Assembly: GCA_963666285.1 (NCBI GenBank)
Contig: OY762711.1
DNA length: 64,000 bases
DNA from: Sedimentisphaerales bacterium
GTDB lineage: Bacteria > Planctomycetota > Phycisphaerae > Sedimentisphaerales > SM23-30
Direction: 5' to 3' (one strand)
Position numbers and translations under genes: made by a program
Part shown: one piece after another, positions 11,144-21,200 of the stretch
How positions within the stretch are numbered: the first letter of the stretch is position 1
How the letters are laid out: the number at the start of each line of letters is the position of its first letter
The notes under the pieces: generated by a model
Told to the model about the DNA's origin: nothing
Database searches by the model: none
The model's input: the letters and a program-made list of their open reading frames with translations, nothing else

Positions 11144-11269
11144 ACTTAGGTACCTTCTACTTTTCTTTGATTACCAAAAAATACTAATTTACTATACACA
11201 TTTTTCGCGATATCAATATGTCGCACAAACATATAGACATTTTCCGCGATTATACAATATCTTAACTAT

Positions 11270-11374
11270 GATGGAGGGAATAAATCCCATCCCCAATCTT
11301 CTCGCAGTCATTTGTAAATCTAAAGGTGGGCTAGACTTACAGCTCTTTGCTTACCGCCCCACACGAGCAAAGAA
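11270..11374 (-). ncRNA. Candidate structured RNA (two hairpins with complementary loops plus a third hairpin) upstream of fusA
   Basis: Stem TCTTTGCT/AGCAAAGA (11373-11344) and stem TGTAAGTCTA/TAGATTTACA (11341-11313). Their loops contain GTGGG and CCCAC. The RNA would start just after a near-consensus promoter. Confidence 0.5.
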
Positions 11375-11379
11375 TAGTT

Positions 11380-11408
11380 ATTTTAATAATTTCACTACGC
11401 GGTGTCAA
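11380..11408 (-). promoter_or_regulatory. Sigma70-type promoter facing fusA
   Basis: Minus strand TTGACA (11408-11403), 17-nt spacer, TAAAAT (11385-11380). Confidence 0.7.
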
Positions 11409-11640
11409 TAAAAATATTTAATTTTCAATAATTTTTTCATCGTAATTATAATTAATATAATTTAATTATATTAAGATAAACAGACACCATAAGGATTATA
11501 GCAATTACTGTAAGGTTTTAGTTAAAGAAGAGTTAAATAAATGCAAATAATGCCATATGTTTTTGCAAAAACTCTTACAACCGTTATAATTGATACAAAT
11601 TATAAGACCAAATTAAATCGTTTTCAGGAGTGCAATCAAA

Positions 11641-12039
11641 TTGTTTAGCAAAAATATAGAACCCAGATTTGGTGATACAGATTTCCTTGGACACATAAAC
11701 AATGTAGCGATAGCAGGTTGGTTTGAGCTGGCACGAAACGATTTATATCGAGAAATTGTGCCTGACATGGGACCGGAGAATTGTCCGCTGACGATGGCGG
11801 CGTCGAGCTATGAATTCAAGGGTGAGACATACTATGGAGCTATGGCAGAAATACAGACTTATATTGCCAGAATCGGCAACTCCTCTTTTACAATAGCACA
11901 TAAACTATTTCAAAATGGTAATTTATGCGTAACCGGCTCTACGACACTAGTATATTTTGATCATGAAACCAAGCAATCAAAGCCAATTCCAGATGCAATC
12001 AGAGAAGTTCTACAACTGCATCTGGAATCAACTATTTAG
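11641..12039 (+). CDS. Hotdog-fold acyl-CoA thioesterase (4HBT family)
   Basis: RFGDTDFLGHINN, ARIGNSSF; AGGAG RBS before the TTG start. Confidence 0.88.
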   Translation: MFSKNIEPRFGDTDFLGHINNVAIAGWFELARNDLYREIVPDMGPENCPLTMAASSYEFKGETYYGAMAEIQTYIARIGNSSFTIAHKLFQNGNLCVTGSTTLVYFDHETKQSKPIPDAIREVLQLHLESTI

Positions 12040-12150
12040 TTTTCAATATGTTACAGCACAAATTATGTTAGAAGCGCAACTGATCGGCTATAGCGAGTAT
12101 AAGCTCAAAACTAAAACAACATAAGTCTCTTAATGACAAAGAACTACAAA

Positions 12151-14637
12151 TCAGTTGCTTAGCCATTGGCCTGCAATTACTGCCAAATCCAAGAGGTCAA
12201 CAATTGAATCATGGTTTATATCAGCGGAGTTATAAGTTCTTATTTGCGGGTAATTACCTAAAGACATTATCCAGATACCAGAAAAATCTAAAGTTGTAAA
12301 TGATTCACTTACAAGCATTTGCGATTTGGTTAGTGGATGAGCCATACTAAAAAGAGCGTATTCGCTATTGTAGGTCAAATAATAGCAATCAGCTGTATAT
12401 TCTGTGTTAAGTCCAAAGTAGGCGAGGTTCTCACAGCCAGGCGATAAATTTAGCTTACCACTGCAATAGCAGTTACTTACGTTGCCAGCTAATCGTTGCC
12501 CGCAGAAGCCGCCAACATAAGAACAATTGGAATTGCATGATATATCTCCTGTGCAATAACAATTGGATACAGTGGCATTTTCGTCGACAATACCACAGAA
12601 TCCTCCTGCATAAGATCCTTGATACAAGGCACTTACATCAGCGGTAGAAAAACATTTCCGGATGGATCCTGAATTCTGACCACAGAAGCCTCCGACATAA
12701 GTTTTGCCGGAGACACATTGAGTGCTGTAACATCTTATAATTTCAGCAGATCCGGAATTCATGCCGCAAAAACCACCTACTTGCGAGTTACCTATAACGG
12801 TAAAGTTAGAAGCGCAATTGCTTATATAACCACAATTTAAGCCACATAGCCCGCCTATAACATTGTTTTGTCCGCCGGTTATGATCCGGCCACTAACTGT
12901 AAGGTTTTTGATGACTGCCATGTCGCCGACCAGGCCGAAGAACCCCAGATAATCATTGTCATAAGTTGTTCCATCACCATAATTTAAGGTATCAATAGTT
13001 ATATCTGAAATTTCATATTCAGCACCATCAAAATTACCCTCGAAGTTTCCTGGAATGCCGCCTATAATAGCCTTTTGATAGGTATAATCAGCCATGGATA
13101 TGTTATCAACAAGCTTAAAGCTCGAATAGAAATCCTCCGGCGAATTACTTAGAAAAACGATGTCCGAAGGGTTAGCGAGCAGAAACGGCGACTCCGCGGA
13201 GCCATCACCACCACTGTACGGCATACCGCTGGAAGCGAAAAGCGTAACGGCGCTATCTGCCGAAACATAACAGCCTGCGGAGGGCTCAGAACCGATAACG
13301 GCGCCTTCGGGAACGGTCCGGGACGGTTGGTAAACGATATCGGCAACGATGAGCGAAGCATTAGCGATTTCAGCTTCAGCCTGCGAAATGGTCAAACCAG
13401 ATAAGGGTGGTACTACCACATATTCTATCTGCCATTTTAGATGCGGATACTCATTTGACTGAATCGCCCATACGGCCGGGCTACCATCAGAATCAGAGAA
13501 ATCCCAGTTAACAAAACTTTCGGCCAGACACATCTGCTGCTGAGTAAGAGGAGCGGCATCGTTTGAAGCTTCCTGTTCGACGATATCAAGATAATAGCAG
13601 TCAATTTCACTGCCATAGTCCATGCCGGCAATTTCTCCCGGATTATATTCCGCAGAGATAAAAGAAGCGGAATAGCACCTTGAAATAGTAGAACTGACAT
13701 TTTGTCCGGCAATTCCACCGATGTTGCTGTTACCGGAGATCAGCAGCAGACTATAGCAATCAGAAATAGAACCATTATAACATGTACCACAAATACCACC
13801 AACATTAGTATGACCGGTAACAATCAAGTCAGAAGCAGATAATTCAATAACAGATTCGTTCATGCCACAGATTCCACCAACGTAATGACTGGAACTAAAT
13901 TTGAATTCTCCCTGAACCGAGCACCGGGATACAGTACCATAATTATAGCCAACAATTCCGCCAATATAATAAGTAAAATAAGTTTCGTTTGTGTTCAAGG
14001 CCGCCCTGCAATTATTGACTGTACCATGGTTCTTCGCCGCTATCGCTGCCATATAATTTGTATTTTCCTGGGGTTTTAACATTACCGAATCAACTTTAAG
14101 ATTAGAAACCTCTGCACCAGAATTAACAACACCAAATACAGCCAGATATGATTCTGAACCATACAAATCCCAAAGTATAAAGTTTGATATTGTATGGCCG
14201 TTACCGTTGAAATGGCCGGAATAGCCAACACCCTGAAAATCCGGGGTTGATTGATAAACAACATCTTCGCCACCGATAATAGCTCGATAGAACATTTGGT
14301 CATTCAGTTGTATATCACAGTTTAACTCTACATATACATTAGCAGACCAATACAAATCAGCATTGCTATAATCAGAAAACTGCTGAAAATGCGAAAGCAG
14401 CTCGATACGGTAAGGGTCAGTTGAGGTACCAGAACCGGGAAGAACAGCATGACTTACGTTAACAAGTAATAATACAAAAAGCAAAGCCTGAATGACTATG
14501 AACTTTTTCAAGGATGAAGAATGGATAATGAAGTATAAAGGATGAAGTATAAAGGATAAAAATTTATAAGGTGTTGCTTCGCAACTTATTTTTAAATATA
14601 CAGATAAACGATGTGATTGACCAGACGTACCCTTCAT
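12151..14637 (-). CDS. Secreted GLUG-motif repeat protein with internal PASTA domain and C-terminal dockerin-like motif
   Basis: Two blocks of VGG[IF]CG.N.G.I..CYS repeats, each preceded by G.G[ST]..[DS]P[YF]; central PASTA-like VVVPPLSGLTISQAEAEI...VPEGAVIGSEP; C-terminal ADINHDSIVDLLDLAVIAGQWL; AGGAG RBS. Confidence 0.8.
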   Translation of the reverse strand: MKGTSGQSHRLSVYLKISCEATPYKFLSFILHPLYFIIHSSSLKKFIVIQALLFVLLLVNVSHAVLPGSGTSTDPYRIELLSHFQQFSDYSNADLYWSANVYVELNCDIQLNDQMFYRAIIGGEDVVYQSTPDFQGVGYSGHFNGNGHTISNFILWDLYGSESYLAVFGVVNSGAEVSNLKVDSVMLKPQENTNYMAAIAAKNHGTVNNCRAALNTNETYFTYYIGGIVGYNYGTVSRCSVQGEFKFSSSHYVGGICGMNESVIELSASDLIVTGHTNVGGICGTCYNGSISDCYSLLLISGNSNIGGIAGQNVSSTISRCYSASFISAEYNPGEIAGMDYGSEIDCYYLDIVEQEASNDAAPLTQQQMCLAESFVNWDFSDSDGSPAVWAIQSNEYPHLKWQIEYVVVPPLSGLTISQAEAEIANASLIVADIVYQPSRTVPEGAVIGSEPSAGCYVSADSAVTLFASSGMPYSGGDGSAESPFLLANPSDIVFLSNSPEDFYSSFKLVDNISMADYTYQKAIIGGIPGNFEGNFDGAEYEISDITIDTLNYGDGTTYDNDYLGFFGLVGDMAVIKNLTVSGRIITGGQNNVIGGLCGLNCGYISNCASNFTVIGNSQVGGFCGMNSGSAEIIRCYSTQCVSGKTYVGGFCGQNSGSIRKCFSTADVSALYQGSYAGGFCGIVDENATVSNCYCTGDISCNSNCSYVGGFCGQRLAGNVSNCYCSGKLNLSPGCENLAYFGLNTEYTADCYYLTYNSEYALFSMAHPLTKSQMLVSESFTTLDFSGIWIMSLGNYPQIRTYNSADINHDSIVDLLDLAVIAGQWLSN
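14511..14566. repeat. Degenerate heptamer tandem repeat inside the 5' end of the GLUG gene
   Basis: AGGATGA AGAATGG ATAATGA AGTATAA AGGATGA AGTATAA AGGATAA. Confidence 0.7.
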
Positions 14638-14714
14638 GATATTACTCCTTTTTCAATTAAAGTAAAAGTTCCCGAGCGGCACCCAATAACACAATTTTGG
14701 CCACTCTAATTTAA

Positions 14715-14770
14715 AAATGTAAAATGTAAAATAAAAAGTGTAAAGAAGGTGTCTGCCTTAGGCAGACCTT
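14715..14770. repeat. Heptamer tract plus short palindrome
   Basis: AAATGTA AAATGTA AAATAAA AAGTGTA, then GTCTGCC-tta-GGCAGAC (14751-14767). Confidence 0.7.
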
Positions 14771-15108
14771 ATTTCTAAAGCCGACGCATAAGCTTATACT
14801 ACTCTAATATACTTGATATCTAATGATTAAAAAGACAGCAGCATAAACTAATAATTGCTTTGCCTCAGTACACCATAAATACACACAACAATACAAAAGA
14901 ATAAAACTCAAGATAGAGACATCAATGCCAGAACATATTTGATTTTATTGGATTTACGCTTTATTGCAATAATTAAAAACTTAAATATGTAAAAAGAGAT
15001 GGAAGAGATATATATAAAGTTATAAATGTTAACTATTTATGTATTTCGGCAAAATAATATGATTCTCCGCCATTCAAAAGTACCCTTTAAAGATAGATGT
15101 ATCCCAAG

Positions 15109-15142
15109 AAAAAAGCCACTCCTGAAAAGAAATGGCTTTTTT
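15109..15142 (-). terminator. Intrinsic (probably bidirectional) terminator after the GH127 gene
   Basis: AAAAAAGCCA...TGGCTTTTTT inverted repeat. Confidence 0.7.
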
Positions 15143-15165
15143 GATTGTCACAGAATATTATTTGA

Positions 15166-18100
15166 TTACTCCATTGAAACATCTACATATACAGAATGGT
15201 AGCCGTAGGTTTCATAGAACGGCTTGAGTGTAACGCCGTTAGATTCGAAGGTCAGGGTTGACGAATCGCCTGAGATCGATTTCGAGATATCATCGGCATT
15301 GAGTGTAAATTTTCGCCAGGTTGTGCGGGAGTCCGGTTCCTGAACAGCCAAAAGTACCGGTCCGTAGAAGATACTGGCAATATTGGGCTGGTCCATAACC
15401 TGAGAGAGATGGAAACTCATAGGCATTTTGATTTCAATAGTGTCGCCTGATTTCCAGTTCTGCTGAAGTTTGACATATGAACCAGGCTGAGCAGATACCT
15501 TTTGAGGTTTACCGTTGACGGCGACAATAAAGCCGTTAACCGCCCATTTTGGATAGCGGAAATAGATGGGGAATTTACCGCTGCCGGAAATTTTGAGCGT
15601 GGCGGTATCGGCATAAGGGATGGAAGTCATCTGGGTAAGCGTAACGTTCTTTTCAGCCCAGTTGAGGGTAGAAGGAACGTATAGATTGACATAGAGAGCA
15701 CTGTTGTCGTCAGCTTTGAAGTAGATAGAATCCTGCAGTTTGGTGCTGCTTTCAATGCCAGTTCCATTACAGCAGGTGAAGCCGTTCATATGTGAGTTAC
15801 TAAAGCTTTTATGAGAACCGGGATTTAGCGGTACATGATAGGTATTGCCGGGGTTATCCTCATCAACAGAAGCAAGGATATGGTTATACAAAGCCTGTTC
15901 GTAGTAGTCCATGTAGCGGGCATCCTGATCGAACATGAAAAGCTGACGCGACAGCTTGAGCATATTGTAAGTTGCACAGGTTTCGTTCTGGCCGCCCTGC
16001 GAGAAGCCGTTTGTGAAAAGGGTGTCCGGCTGAGCGGTGAAGCATTCGGCATTATTGGGATTTTTGGCACCGGCAACACCGCCAATGGAATACATATAAC
16101 TATGGGTAGTGATATTCCAGAAGTTTTCGGCAACATCATAATATTCGGTTTGCCCGGTACCTTTGAAGGTTTCAAGAGAGCCGGTAATCTGTGGAATATG
16201 CTGGTTTGCATGTTTACCGCGGATAGTGTCGACGTTACATGCCAGGCCGTGTTTATGCTCAGCGTTGCCGAAGAAGAAGTCGATATTATCGAAAAGCTGG
16301 GCACATTTGAGGAAACGATCGTCTTTGGTGATAAGGTACAGACGTGCCATAGCTTCGTTCATGCCACCGTATTCGCCGGCAATATACCTGTTCCACATAT
16401 GTATGCGAGTTTCAGTTGGGACAGCGTTCAGACGTTTATAAACCCAAAGTCCCATGCCACGGGCGATCTCTAGTGCCTTGGGATTACCACCGACCTCGTA
16501 GCAGTCCATGAGCCCGGCAAGAATCTTGTGCAGGGTGTAATATGGCGCCCAAATCTGGTTGTTTCTACCGCCGTAGGTAGCACCATTTTCTAGCATTATG
16601 AACTGGTCCGGCGGATAACCGGAGATGAACCCTTCGCCCCAGTTCCAATAGTCTGTCCTGATGCCTTCATGGCTGAGGTCTGAATCGAAGCTGTCTTTGC
16701 CGGGACCGACAGGTACTGTAAGAGGATCGGAATTGCTTGGGCCGCCCTGTTGGGCCGGTTTGCCGGACATTTGCGACAGTTTATAGAGATTATCTATCAT
16801 ATAGTCCATCTTTTGACGGAAGTTGCTATGGAGCGTGTCATCATATGTAGTGCTTGCATATGCCTGTGCGATAGCAGAGAGATAGTGGCCGCTGGCATGG
16901 CCGCGCAGGCGGCAGGTCTGGGTGTCCCATACCCCTAGTGGCCGAACACCGTCTGGTTGAGGCTGACCAAATGCATCCCGGAAGTTATAGAGGAAACTAT
17001 CGGGGCTGGTTTTGGCAAGGGTAAGAATGAATTTATCACGATTTTTGATAAATGGCGTATCACGACCTTCTGTATCCTTGTTGAGTATAACACTGCCAAG
17101 AGGGAAAGGCGATAGTTGCTGATGATTGGATCTATCATGAATAGATCTGGCTATGACCTTAACAGTGGCAACGGGAGCGAAATCAGTTCCAGGTACAGAA
17201 CCGGTAATGGTATAAGAGCCGGTCTTAGCAACATCATCATTGTTTTTGGGAGCGGGCCATATAACGCGAATATCCGGACCTGCAGAATTGTCACTGTATA
17301 TACCGGGCAGGTAGAATGGCAGCTGCGGCAACTGGCCGACAGATGTAGTGATCTCAATATTTTCTACGCCAGTGAGGTTTTGCACCAGCTGGTGCGGTCC
17401 GTAAATGCCGGAATCAAGCTTGGTGTCTGATTTTTCACCTTCGACAAAAGTAATTTTGTCATCAGAAATTGCGTTGTGACGTATGACAGCGACCTGTTTT
17501 TTAGAAAGAGGGATACTGTAAAAACGAACATCATACAGGCGGCCTGACAGACATTCATCTTCATCATAAAGAGATTTACCGAGATAAAGATGGTTGTTGG
17601 CGGGGTTGTCCCGGTCGAGTATATCAGACAGCTTACAGGATATATTTTCTACTTGGTCAACCTGAATGCTGTCAACAAATATACTGAGAGTCTTTTTCTT
17701 GGCATCGAGAACCACGGCAAGGTGTACCCATTTGCCAGTAGAGATTCTAAATGCAGCCGGGCCCTGCTCATTGCCGTATCCAGCAGATGTTATCCTGGAT
17801 CGATAACCAGCGTCACGTTCTTCGCCAACCGGAGTGCAATAGAAGTAACTGTTGGTGCTACGGCCAAGATCGAAGAATCTCTGCCATGGGGTAAGTTCGT
17901 TAAGGTACACCCATCCGGTAATACTAACACTCTCGAGACCATTGAGTGCATTGCCGGGCAGCTGCACATAAGAGTTATTTGATTTTCCGGGTAAAGAGAG
18001 AACTTTGCCAAACTGCTGATCTTCAATAAAACTAATATTTTCACCTTTGAATGCAGCATGTAGGTTATTGCGGGTCCAATCTTCGGGATTGCCGTTAAAC

Positions 18101-18231
18101 AGATAGCGAGCGACCAGAGCGGTTTCGCCTATGCCGTCGAGGAACTGGTCGCCTTCAGTAGTATCAGCATAAAGAGCGGATGAGAAAATCAGAATAACAG
18201 CTAAGAGCCAAGTAAAAGTTGTCATTTGCAT
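15166..18231 (-). CDS. GH127/GH146-type beta-L-arabinofuranosidase with N-terminal LamG-like and Ig-like domains
   Basis: LRGHASGHYLSA, WAPYYTLHKILAGL, GEYGGMNE, HANQHIPQ, ETCATYNMLKL, FTCCNGTGIES; LamG-like WQRFFDLG...WVHLAVV; signal peptide. Confidence 0.9.
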   Translation of the reverse strand: MQMTTFTWLLAVILIFSSALYADTTEGDQFLDGIGETALVARYLFNGNPEDWTRNNLHAAFKGENISFIEDQQFGKVLSLPGKSNNSYVQLPGNALNGLESVSITGWVYLNELTPWQRFFDLGRSTNSYFYCTPVGEERDAGYRSRITSAGYGNEQGPAAFRISTGKWVHLAVVLDAKKKTLSIFVDSIQVDQVENISCKLSDILDRDNPANNHLYLGKSLYDEDECLSGRLYDVRFYSIPLSKKQVAVIRHNAISDDKITFVEGEKSDTKLDSGIYGPHQLVQNLTGVENIEITTSVGQLPQLPFYLPGIYSDNSAGPDIRVIWPAPKNNDDVAKTGSYTITGSVPGTDFAPVATVKVIARSIHDRSNHQQLSPFPLGSVILNKDTEGRDTPFIKNRDKFILTLAKTSPDSFLYNFRDAFGQPQPDGVRPLGVWDTQTCRLRGHASGHYLSAIAQAYASTTYDDTLHSNFRQKMDYMIDNLYKLSQMSGKPAQQGGPSNSDPLTVPVGPGKDSFDSDLSHEGIRTDYWNWGEGFISGYPPDQFIMLENGATYGGRNNQIWAPYYTLHKILAGLMDCYEVGGNPKALEIARGMGLWVYKRLNAVPTETRIHMWNRYIAGEYGGMNEAMARLYLITKDDRFLKCAQLFDNIDFFFGNAEHKHGLACNVDTIRGKHANQHIPQITGSLETFKGTGQTEYYDVAENFWNITTHSYMYSIGGVAGAKNPNNAECFTAQPDTLFTNGFSQGGQNETCATYNMLKLSRQLFMFDQDARYMDYYEQALYNHILASVDEDNPGNTYHVPLNPGSHKSFSNSHMNGFTCCNGTGIESSTKLQDSIYFKADDNSALYVNLYVPSTLNWAEKNVTLTQMTSIPYADTATLKISGSGKFPIYFRYPKWAVNGFIVAVNGKPQKVSAQPGSYVKLQQNWKSGDTIEIKMPMSFHLSQVMDQPNIASIFYGPVLLAVQEPDSRTTWRKFTLNADDISKSISGDSSTLTFESNGVTLKPFYETYGYHSVYVDVSME

Positions 18232-18283
18232 AGTACACCTTTAATTTATTTGTTTGTTATTTCCTAAAACCAATTATATGGTT

Positions 18284-21200
18284 TTATTTTTTTTTTACAA
18301 TTAGTTTGAACCAATCGAACTCAACCCAGCCTGTTTCATTATCACGATGAATGGACTGGGTAAGGCCGGCCTGAAGCGGCAGGCCATCCATATCTGATCG
18401 CCAGATCGGTGTTTCCGGCAGCGGTTCCCAGTTTTTACCGTCGGGACTGGTCCTGAAATGGAAAATATTACCGGCACGTTGTATCTGAAGGTACATATCA
18501 CTATTATAAGAAGTTCGATTGAAACCCTGACGGCGGCCCCTGCCGTCTTTACTGGTCCAAATATTGCCGCAGTCCCAATATGGGAAAATACCAGAGCGAA
18601 GATGGTCTTCACCGGGTCCGGCATCTGAATTATTAGCAACACGAACCATAATTGCAGGCTCGAGCAATCCGGGCGGCCTTCTGTTATTCCAGCCCTGATA
18701 CGGAGCAACTTTGGCTTCGATTATGAAATCGCCGTCAATGTTTTTATATAATAAAGGAGCACCATTGGCCTCATCTGCAATTGCGCCGGTAGCTTCGAGG
18801 CGGAACATACCATTGGAAGTTTTGGCCTGAGTAACTGTCATTTTGTCGGAGATATTGGTAATCAGGCCGTCCCAGATTGTACCTTCAGTGCCGTCAGCGA
18901 GAAAATCATGGTCCTGGCTAAAGTCGTCATAAAATATAACAAAATCATCAGGACTGATTTTAACTTTTACAGGTTCCGAGGCTTTTGAGACATTACCATG
19001 ATAGTCACGAACCTTGACAGTATAAGCATATTCGATATTTGGCTGCAAACCGTAGTTCTCAAAATAATTATCATTAATCCAACCGCTGGTTTTGCCGCCG
19101 GGATTACCGGAAGTTTCCTCAAAATAATATTGGACACGGCCACTTAGATCGTTTGCCTTTTGTGCTGACATGCGAACTGAAGACAAAGTCATGGCTGTTG
19201 GTTCAGTATCAAATTGGACAGGTGCCGGAGGCTCAAGGTCCTGAGTATGAGATTCATAAAAGCCGGCAATATCACTTTCAGTTAATGCCTTATTAAAAAC
19301 AGCAATATCAGTGATAGCCCCTTTGAAATTTTTACCAATCGATAATTTTTCACCAACCGTTAGATCCAGAATTGCTTTTCGTGTTGAAGGTACCATTTTG
19401 CCGTCGACATATACCATTCCATTGCTGGTTATGACAACATGAGACCATGTGTTTTTAAGTTTTACCGGAAACGGGATATATTTATTATCTTTTACCCTGT
19501 TGAAGAAAGCTGCCTGATTTTGCGGATCACTGATAACAAAGGCCTCTATCGAGAAACTGCTGCCAATGTCTACACTAGAATCGCTTATAAGCTCCTCGGT
19601 ACCGTCAAAATAGAGAGCAATTCTGCCATCGGCATCTTTGATAACCGGCGGCTGAGAAACAGCAGTAAACTGCCCTTCCATAGATCCTGAATTAGAAATA
19701 CTTTGCAATGGGCCGTAATCCAGGCTACTGAAATCGAGTTTGGCAAATACTTCTGAATGAGGTTTTTGCGCGGCTAATTCGCTTATCTGGCCAGAATCTA
19801 ACGCCTGATCATATATTTTCAGGGAAGCAATTGAGCCGGAAAATAAACCGGACCTATCATGGCTTCGCCCGATGAATATTTCCTCGGTCGGAGTGATGTG
19901 CAGCATTTTTTGGGCCTGATTGTCAAGTTTACCGTCGATATAAACTTTTTCCATATGGCCGTCAAATGCCACCGCAATATGATGCCATTTAGCAGCTTCC
20001 GGAACCTGGTTATACCGCATATCGGCCCAGCCGTTATGAGCAATCGCACCAAGATCTCTATTGCGGCCATAGCCAAGGCTTGCACTGGTAGCTTCCAGGC
20101 CACCGTACCGCCCCCAGCTGACCATTGTTTCAGTGTCTGCGATTTCAGGATTAAACGCCCAGACAGCAATGGTGTAGCTAGCATTGCCATAGAGTGATTT
20201 TGGATACTGGAAATCAGACCTAAGAGAATCTTCACCTTTGAAAGTAACTGCTTTGACACCGGCAACAAGTTCAACAATCGGAACAGAGCCCTGCGGCAGG
20301 AATTTTTCTTTCAGCAAGCCATTATTAAACCACCTGTCAACAGTTCTGCCTATTTCAAGGCCGGCAGAATCCAGATCGACAAGTAATCCTTTTGGTTGGG
20401 CAGCAGGCGGAACCGGTTTCTGGTAAGGCTGCTGCATAAGATATTCAATTTCAGACGGATGAAGTGCACGTGCATAAATACGAAGTGAACACAACTCTGT
20501 TTTATTGTTTTGGGCTAGAGAGGTAAATGAGAATAAGTCATTTAGAGGTTTAGTAATCTTTTCAGTATCTATAAGTTTACCATCGAGGTAAGTCATTAAG
20601 TTTTTACCATCGCCAACAGAGGCAATCTGCTTTATTTTGCCGTCATCACAGTTTACTTTGATAATCTTTGTAAATACCTTGTTATTTATAATGGTGTCAG
20701 GGACCGGTTTATTCAATGTGATCGAACGCCCGCCGGAAATAACAATCGCATTGTTGTGGTCAATATTGCCCACAATAGTGAGAGCATCAGGAATGAACGC
20801 CCCACCCATCATGCCGCGATGATTGGAAAGCTCTTTACATGGCCCTTCCGGCATATCATTCGCTTCAAGATGTACCAGTAATTGCGGCGGATCGTATGTG
20901 GCACCTTCGAATGCCTTAAAGTTCCAAATAGCAGCAGACATGCCGGGCTTTTCCAGGCCGGTAACAGTCAAACGCAGATACCTGGCCCGAACGTCAGCAA
21001 AATCAACCATCGGACAGCCTTCAAGAACATTATTTCTTTTATCAGAGAATATCAGCCAGTTAATACCATCAGTTGAATATTCGATCAGATACTGATAGTA
21101 CCAGTTTGGATACTGGAACTGTATCCTGGTGCGTTGAATATTTTTTACTTGCCCCAGATCAACTTCAAGAGTTTGCGGCAACTGGTTAGTCTTTGCCTTC

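Noticed and set aside
11270..11374. Calling this the SRP RNA gene (ffs) or a known riboswitch
   Set aside because: There is no S-domain helix-8 motif, and I could not match conserved cores of the purine, lysine, TPP, FMN, SAM or cobalamin riboswitches by eye.
11055..11411. 118-aa plus-strand ORF overlapping the fusA start
   Set aside because: It is antisense to fusA, has no recognisable motifs, and overlaps the promoter and structured RNA candidate.
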